Source of the DNA: Lingula anatina
Lineage: Eukaryota; Animalia; Brachiopoda
DNA: 64,000 nucleotides
NCBI GenBank assembly: GCA_051362555.1
Contig: CM120640.1
Span: forward strand, 18,476,001 to 18,540,000
Direction: 5' to 3'
Part shown: positions 53,101 to 64,000 of the stretch, piece by piece
How positions within the stretch are numbered: position 1 is the first letter of the stretch
How the letters are laid out: the number at the start of each line of letters is the position of its first letter
Notes under the pieces: model-generated
The model's database searches: none
What the model saw: only the letters and a program-made list of their open reading frames with translations
What the model was told of the DNA's origin: nothing
Position numbers and translations under genes: made by a program

Positions 53101-56100
53101 CCCGAGTCCAATACCCATAGAAACCATCAGTCTACATAGATCAAAACCAACTCTGCGAAAACTCTGGATCAGCCATTAGCTAAACAGATTAACACGCTGC
53201 CTCGTGGTGTTAAATAGAATACAGAAAAGCTGGTGATTACACGAATTTGTTGGTAACAAGAGGAGGCATGTCATCCAGTTAAGCTAATTGCACTCAGTGA
53301 GTCTCTGCAAAGTTGACTCCATCTACGTAGACCCATGGTGCCTATGGGAATAGGGTCTTACAATCAATTGTGTCTCTTGATGTTTTAACATGCTTAAAAG
53401 CACTTTTATAGAGAGCTGCACTACAACTGATTGAATAAGGCAGCTTATATTTTTAGGGTCATAAATAGGCTGCATACTATTTGTATGGTTCCCCTTCATC
53501 TCCCCCTTCCAGCCCACATGCATGCAAACTATGAGTAACTGAACAAATGCAAAAAATATATCTAATTTCACAAATCTTGAACTTTCAAATTAAAACTGAA
53601 ACGACTTTTATAATATTCTGTTACATATTTTAATTTTCTAAATGCTTTAGTTGAGACAAAACACACCTACAACAATGATATCTCCATAGGTCTATGCTTA
53701 TCAGACTTCGTTTGTAGTTGAATACAAAGACAATTGAAGTAATCAAGACCAAAAACTGAATGACCAGTGTAGTAAAATCAATTTCTGTTCAAATTCAAAT
53801 TCAAAAAGTGGGCAAGTATACACATTTTTAAATGAAGAAGCATGCCTGCATTGGCTCTGTAGCCGAGGCTAAAACAAACCATACCTTCTGGAAATAGCTT
53901 GGTCTGAAATCCACTTCCAAAGAGAGTTGATTCTAGGTTACTCACTGCCTGATTTAAGTAGTTAAAGAATCAAGCATACATAACTGCTGCTTGTTATTAT
54001 AATAAGATGGATACCATAAGCACCTAAGAGGATAATTGTGCAAAATACAGAGTGACCCCAAGTTATGAACATTCGAACTTTCAGATATATAAATAAGGTA
54101 TCATTTATCTGATTCATTTCTTCATTAAAAGTCAGACTTCAAATACCCGATTACAACTTAATGACAGATTTTGTTAAGATAATAAATTTTGTTTTATATT
54201 AATACTGTATTTCAACTTTTAAAAATCTACAGTATCATATTATTTATAAAATGCACTGTGCATGTTGCATACTTATGAATATATCGACTTAAAACAGCCT
54301 CTCAGGAGCTTATCTGTTAGGAGTTCTGTATATATTTGGGTAAGAACTTGTTTATGTCGGAGGCAAGATTGAAATCCAACCCAGGGCATGGCATTAATTG
54401 CCTGGTGTAAGTGATTTCTGCAGTTGGGCAATTAGAATTTTTGTCCTACTTGCCTGCAAACGCAATTGACTTGCTAATAAATCATTTGATTGTCTAGAGC
54501 ATCAGTGAAATCGTCTGGTGCCTCAAGAAAACCTGATCAATTTTGCCGACAGCATGGCTGTTTAATCATGGGCCTGAAAATAGCTTATTTCAAGCCCTGA
54601 TGATTATTGTAATTTTCTTGGTGGAAAGGCCACCAAAATGTACCTTTTCGTTACAGAATTTTCCGAGAACCCTCTACCCCGTCCCTCTCCTTGCAGGAAT
54701 GTCTGTGACTAGAAAAATATAAAACTATTAATTATTTTTTATACCCCCCTCCCCAAGAATTTGGAGCAGGACAAGTAGACTTTGAAGTGGGACAAGTAAA
54801 TTTTCAAAATAGTTTATTTCAAGCCCTGCATCCCACTTATTTATATGATTATGTGAGATAAAAATTCAAATTTCAGAGAAGTCATGATTTAGTCAATAAC
54901 CACATTTGCCATAGCTGACATTAAACTTGTAGGGCTTGATAATATTATTGAGCATCACTGGGAAACTGGTAACTTGCCAAAGTTTTGAAAAACAAGCAAC
55001 TACATTACATGGATTGATGGTACCCTCTACCAGAGTCTCAGTTATTATTGTGGACATTTTTTGCTGAATCGACCCTGTTATGTGCTAGCTAGGCCACGAC
55101 CTAAATATGGCAGACCTACATGAAAGGAAGACCGTTTAATCCTGTAATGGTCTCTCCACCTCTCACACGCCTCCCTAGGCATCGTCCCTGCAGGGGCACA
55201 GTAATTAATTCCCGGCTCAATTCAACCGGTCGGGGTGAGAGATGGAGAGATGGAGAATCCATTACAGGATTAAGCAGTCTTCTTTTCATGTAGGTCCGCC
55301 ATATTTAAGTCGTGGCCTAGCTAACACTTGGCTCTTCTCATTCTGAATGGTCCCTAAGATGAACATCAAGAGTGAAAATATGCAATTTCAAACTTGGCTA
55401 AGCAGATTAAAAATCTGCCTGGATTTCAATCTTGCCTTGTGACATATATAGTAGTGTATATATATATAAAATAGTAATTTTCTCCAGAAAGTGTAAGGAT
55501 ACTGTTAACAAGAAGATGAAGAGGCATGATCCTATGAATCCTCCCAGAATGGTCATCCACTCTTTTGAAGCAAGCTGTGACTTGTAAAGTTGCATTCCCC
55601 CAAATATAAGGATTGTTACTGCTGTAGACATCAAGAACGAGAGACCACTGGAGACAGCTGGAAAACATGAAAAAAAGTATTGAGCACTAATGTCTGATTC
55701 CCTGAAAACATGACATGAAAACGTTATTATTGTCATAGAGGTACATGGTCAAACAGAACAAGTAAACAGAATTATATAGAATATGAAATTTAAGCAGATG
55801 ATTGATCATTTTTGAAAACCAGAACCTACAACAGAAGTGCTTACTCCTGTCAGCCTTGATACAAGTCACACAAAAGACAAAAGATGATTTATGTAGCAGA
55901 ACACAGTTGCCATAGCAGCTTTCCATAAATGTAAGAATATTTCAAAATAATAACGCTTATAAATTCAATGTACACCAGACATTGTATCCAAATCTGTATT
56001 TTGCATTACATTTATTTATTTATTTATTTTTTTTTTTGTAGGGGGGATGACCCCCACAAAAATTTATCATTTAATGCCAATATAAACTTCCACATATGAC

Positions 56101-57890
56101 CTCCAATTTAGATGCTCTTTCATAAAAAAATGGAGTTAAAACACATTACTTTTTTGTAGTCATATTTAATAGTTCACGAGAATTATATAGTACTGTAGTA
56201 TACATATAAAGAAGGCAAATCACTTTAAACATCTCAAGAAAACTTTAAAATGTAACCAATTAACTAATAAATATCTATTCATGATGAAGAAAAGAAAAAA
56301 AAAAGTTTTATTATGCTGAATACTAAAAGAGTAATTTGAAAGTTAGTTCATGACAGGGGAGGTTAGAAGGCCTGGGACATTGGAAGGCAGCTGTGGGAGG
56401 GAGTAGGTAGGGATCAACCTGAGGGCAGTCGAGTGGCTCGTTCAGAGTGTGAAATCACACACTGTCTATTAAGAATTTTGCAACAGTTCCAAAAATTCTG
56501 TCATTTTGACTAGAAGTTAGTGATTTGTGACCATGAAGAAAAAGGTTAGTCATATCTTGCTGCATTCTGAAGTGAATGTAGACACCTCCGAATATATTTT
56601 CAATGGTACTGTACTTTGTAGAAGTTACAGTATTTCAACTGTTTAAAGAAGAAATATCGTGGAGTTTCAGCCTTTCCATATAGAGAGTTTGGGGTGTTTA
56701 ATGATAACCAATTGTGCTTATAAAGTTGAGATTTGAATAATAAGTCTACTCATGCTAGTATCAGTTGTATGGTCTGTTCTGTGCTAACCATCCGTCCTGA
56801 CCGATTGTACACACAGCAGACGCCGTTCCGTGAATGATCTGTTGTTATTCACCTGTGCGTTGATGTGGCTTGTTTGTTTCCCACCTCATTATATATTTAC
56901 TATAGTGGGGATATTTCTAGGTAAAACTCATGTGTTAATACAGAATTTTTAATTGATAATTTTGATAGAGAATCAGCGTCAAATTACAGTTCGACGCTTG
57001 GATGAACCTAACGTGGATGGGCCGTCATTATTCAGCTGTTGGCCTACTACATGTATTATTGTATTCATTTTACTTTCCTAGTATGTTGATATGGCTACCT
57101 GAAAGTAACTGCAGTAGAGGTGAACAACTATAAGATATGAATATTTCTAAAGATTATGTTTGAATATGCAGTATGTTCTCAACAGTGTATGTTTATTAAA
57201 GTTGATAAAGACAGACCGTACACGCCGGAAGTCTCTCAGATTTGCCTGTGCTTTGTGCGCATGAGCAGAACGGATGGTTCACGCTCCGAATGATTCACGC
57301 CCCACTGGATTAAGATTAATTTCTTGTATCCTAGTGAGCTGTAAAGTGATTGTAGATTGGGATCCAGCAAAAAGTTCAGTTTAGAGAGAATACTTGAGTG
57401 ATGCAAGACTTGGGCTGTTCTTCTGTTCTAAACTTCGACTAAACTGACACTTTACTTTAAACATGATATACTTGACTTATACAATGCCAATGGTTATAAA
57501 ATAATAGGAAAAATATATAACACTAATTTAAAAAAAATCGCAATGTGACGTACACTACCAAATATTCAAATAAAAGCTTAGGCATACCTAAAATGTTAAA
57601 GAAAGGTTTTACAGAATCTAAGCCTCAATTCGAAGACCACTACTTTTTTGAAGGGAGTAAAAGTTTCTTCTTAATTCGAAATTCTTGTTTCTTTCTCATA
57701 ATTCAAAGTTCTCACTAATATCTAAAGACCCTTTACTTTTTACAATAAATTCGAAATAAACCCATGTCTTCTTCGTGGATGGTAACACACGAGATAACAG
57801 CCTTTTTTGTGTAGCATGTGAGCTCAGCATAACTTTCAAATATTGCTAAAAGTGCTAAAATTAAATATTATATGGACTAAACTTACCCAT
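50184..57890 (-). CDS. KRTCAP2: Keratinocyte-associated protein 2 (KCP2), oligosaccharyltransferase accessory subunit, 134 aa
   Basis: Exons 57890-57887 (ATGG|gtaagt), 55657-55503, 53948-53885, 52425-52359, 50298-50184; 405 nt, phases consistent. Protein MAVSSGLSF...GGMQLYKSQLASKEWMTILGGFIGS...AVSNLESTLFGSGFQTKLFPEV...ASGLVHRVCITTCFIFS...YYINRISQ...GKKKRN, with a KKxx ER-retrieval end. Confidence 0.96.
50457..51574. repeat. Two diverged ~165-bp direct copies in KRTCAP2 intron 4
   Basis: aagact.tcaggct...ccattta.taatctaaagaaagg...ccttcaaaaa...ataatcagggg...gtgcaatctaaca at ~50457-50622 and ~51408-51574. Confidence 0.85.
51233..51405. mobile_element. ~175-bp hairpin MITE
   Basis: GCTGTATTCACAACCA ... 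TGGTTGTGAATACAGC perfect 16-bp ends, imperfect pairing inward to acctac/gtaggt. Confidence 0.8.
53112..53352. mobile_element. Second, diverged copy of the 35676-35908 MITE family
   Basis: cccatagaaaccatcagtctacatagatc...ccaactctgcg at left; gaggaggcatgtcatccagtt...tgcactcag...cctatgggaat at right. Confidence 0.8.
55082..55327. mobile_element. ~245-bp hairpin MITE in KRTCAP2 intron 2
   Basis: About 80-bp arms: tagctaggccacgacctaaatatggcagacctacatgaaaggaagac...ttaatcctgtaatgg versus ccattacaggattaa...gtcttcttttcatgtaggtccgccatatttaagtcgtggcctagcta. Confidence 0.88.
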
Positions 57891-58000
57891 GTTGACACCG
57901 GTCGACTTTCCACGCTTACGGAAGTGCCAGCTTTTAGCCAATCAAAACACGCCAAGGTGTCCAAACGGTACAAATGCAAGCAAAAAGTCCATCTTGTATG
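57891..58000. promoter_or_regulatory. Compact bidirectional promoter, KRTCAP2/NUDT12
   Basis: Head-to-head genes with ATGs 672 nt apart. ETS-type CGGAAGTG (57919-57926) and AGCCAATCA CCAAT box (57936-57944). A candidate NUDT12 5'UTR donor at ~57997 (ctt|gtatgt) pairs with an acceptor at 58542. Confidence 0.65.
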
Positions 58001-58561
58001 TCATTATTTAATTTACAAGTTTTGAAGTTATAAGAATAATATTTAATTTTAGGCAATGATTTTGTAACCCATAAAAATAAATGAAAAGATAGCAGTGTTA
58101 TTTATGGGCTTGCTTATTAGTGAAAATTAGAATGTTCAACAGAACATCACGTGTTAGATTATTTTATGAACTTTGAACTTTGAGATGCTCTTGTTGATAT
58201 CACCTGCCGGTGCTGTAACATCAATAGTACACAATTTTAAACGGTTGGTATTACTTAATTGAAAACAATATTATTCTCAGCATTGTGAAAAAAAGGTGAA
58301 TTTTTCAAAAGACAATGTAATTGATCAACATATGCAACTACCTTAAATCGGTTTCAACTTAAAAATGACAATCCGTATCGTAATGTGTCACACACAGACC
58401 GAGTCTCAGCGTTGAAACTGATTTTGTAATTCACTGTAGCCTGTGGACTGGGAAGGGTTTGTGTAATAGTGAAATACATTTTCATTATTGAATTACTGAT
58501 CTGTTTACCTTATTTAAAATATTTTTCTAAACATCTTTTCAGCATTATTCCAGCAGTAATA

Positions 58562-62339
<3,778 letters not shown>

Positions 62340-63730
62340 ATTTTGGTTTTATATGGACATATAAGCATTGCAATAGTTCAAATTTTGAACTGACACTTTT
62401 TGGAGAGATTTATACTGACATGTCCAAAATTTGACCTCGTAAAGTTGGATGTAATTTGATAAGACAAATGTGCTGCTTTTCATAATGCTGTACATTGTGC
62501 AGCACATACAATTGTTTATAATATGATCAAAAGATGATTCCAAATTTCACAATGGTTTATTTGTTTCTTGGATCAATCTCCTTCTGAAACCTTTTAGGGT
62601 CTTGTTTCATGTTTTAATTATGAAGTTATAAAATCAATTAAGAATCATAGCTCCATACTGAAGTTCAGGGATTCTATTTGCTTCAGTATAATTGTAAGAG
62701 AAATAAGGATATACAGCAACACAGCTTATTAGTCTATAATTTGATCATACTGAATTTTTTTACTTATACATGTTATCTTTTAAAACAGGCAACATTTTCA
62801 TGATCAGATTGATTAATTAGAACCTTACACAAAAGTGTTGTTAATGTGATCTATGACTGTGATACCTCATTTAAAGATGTACTGCGAAATTATTCATGTA
62901 ATATTTATTTACATATCTTCACAGACAAAGTTATAGCAAGTAACGTCCCCAGTTAAATGCATTTATTAATTTTCTTTATAAAAAGAAATCTTTCATATTC
63001 TATTTTATTTTGGTGATAATATAAGGTCAGATTCTTAAAACAGGTGTACAGTCAATTATTTGAAATGTGTGTTTCACTGCCAAACATTTCAGTTAAAATT
63101 GTATTGAGCAAAGGTGCAGTGAATAGAAAATGGGTTCAGACTTAACAAGAGACCATTTGGTGAAACAAGAACTAAAACGATTTCAACCATGCCTTTTACT
63201 TTGGTATTACATTAAGAAATATGTACCATGTATTATGAAACTTGTACAAAGGATGCATTCACAATTTTAAGAGTGAGATTTTACCTAATATCAAACCACA
63301 TTTTGTAAATTATATCAAATAAATTCATGAATCAGTCCAATCCCTTCATTTCCATTGGCAATCCTGCATGAAATTTGAAACATCATTAGTTACAACAAAA
63401 AAGTGGCTTTACCAATTAGGCATGTCTACTTACAAATGGTTTTCTCAATTCATATTAGTAATACAAGAAAAACAAAATTGCAATGACCTATAAACCAAAT
63501 ATTTTACAAAGCCTGTATGGTTTAAATAAATGATAAGACATAATCTCCAGTATATGACAGCAAAATGCCAATAAATTAAGATAAAATTTAGAGTAAAATG
63601 ATTTAATAAACTGAATTTGCAACAGCAAAAATTAAAACAGGTCAACAAATAAAACTTGTATCATTAAGCAGTGTCTCTCGGATACCTTAATTTCACTCTT
63701 AAAACAAATTCTGTCAAAATATTTTTGATT

Positions 63731-63905
63731 TTACAAGTCAAAATGAACTGCTCTTCTCTGTTTTTTTCTCCTCTTCCACTTCAAGATGTATACCCCATTG
63801 TCTTGCAGGCTTGCTGCAAATATTACTCCTTTTTGGTTGGCATCACTCATTCCATCTAACCATCCCATTTCACCCAGGGTAAATGTGGAACCTCTTTTGG
63901 ACAAC
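63731..63905 (-). CDS. Possible terminal coding exon of a convergent gene that starts beyond the window
   Basis: Acceptor-like atcatttAG at 63906-63907. One frame is open for 57 codons (LSKRGSTFTLGEMGWLDGMSDANQKGVIFAASLQDNGVYILKWKRRKKQRRAVHFDL*) and is GC-richer than the flanking DNA. Frame and identity are unconfirmed. Confidence 0.4.
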
Positions 63906-64000
63906 CTAAATGATACATGATATCTACAGTTTTATTGATAGTGTTTACATGAAATGTGCCGTTTATGTATAATCATCACAACTACCAATAAGTGCCACTC

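Noticed and set aside
54382-54828. hAT-like ends CAGGGC...GCCCTG, with the right end repeated at ~54599
   Set aside because: TIR match is weak and the flanking 8-mers differ, so no element boundary could be supported.
57005-57012. AACCTAAC as a possible telomerase RNA template inside the structured intron region
   Set aside because: Only 8 nt, fits TTAGG rather than TTAGGG, and no CR4/5 or H/ACA domain was recognisable.

Overview
AT-rich, intron-containing animal genomic DNA. It is probably lophotrochozoan/molluscan, inferred only from gene content. Five protein-coding genes can be assembled by hand from GT-AG exons: (1) an intronless two-TM, PPxY-containing orphan membrane protein (-, 1407-2090); (2) a secreted-type C1q-domain protein (+, ~3769-8622) whose start codon is one base out of frame with its signal peptide; (3) a six-coding-exon, 550-aa GnRH/AKH/ACP-type GPCR (-, 12664-25326); (4) KRTCAP2/KCP2, an oligosaccharyltransferase subunit (-, 50184-57890); (5) NUDT12 (+, 58562-62339), head-to-head with KRTCAP2. 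A possible terminal exon of a sixth gene enters at the right edge. Introns and intergenic DNA hold many MITE-like hairpin elements, two Tc1/mariner transposase relics, a tRNA-derived SINE-like element, local duplications and microsatellites. No CRISPR array, rRNA or intact tRNA was seen, and I cannot demonstrate a new biological system. The best leads are: an interleaved set of long-range complementary blocks in KRTCAP2 intron 1; strongly over-represented TACATGTA/TAGGCCTA octamers that behave like transposon excision footprints (one visibly interrupts a Tc1 reading frame); a perfect 130-bp hairpin element with an 8-bp TSD; the C1q start-codon frameshift; and an acidic residue at TM2 position 2.52 plus a possible 53-nt 5'UTR micro-intron in the receptor. 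All coordinates were counted by eye; repeat boundaries may be off by a few bases.
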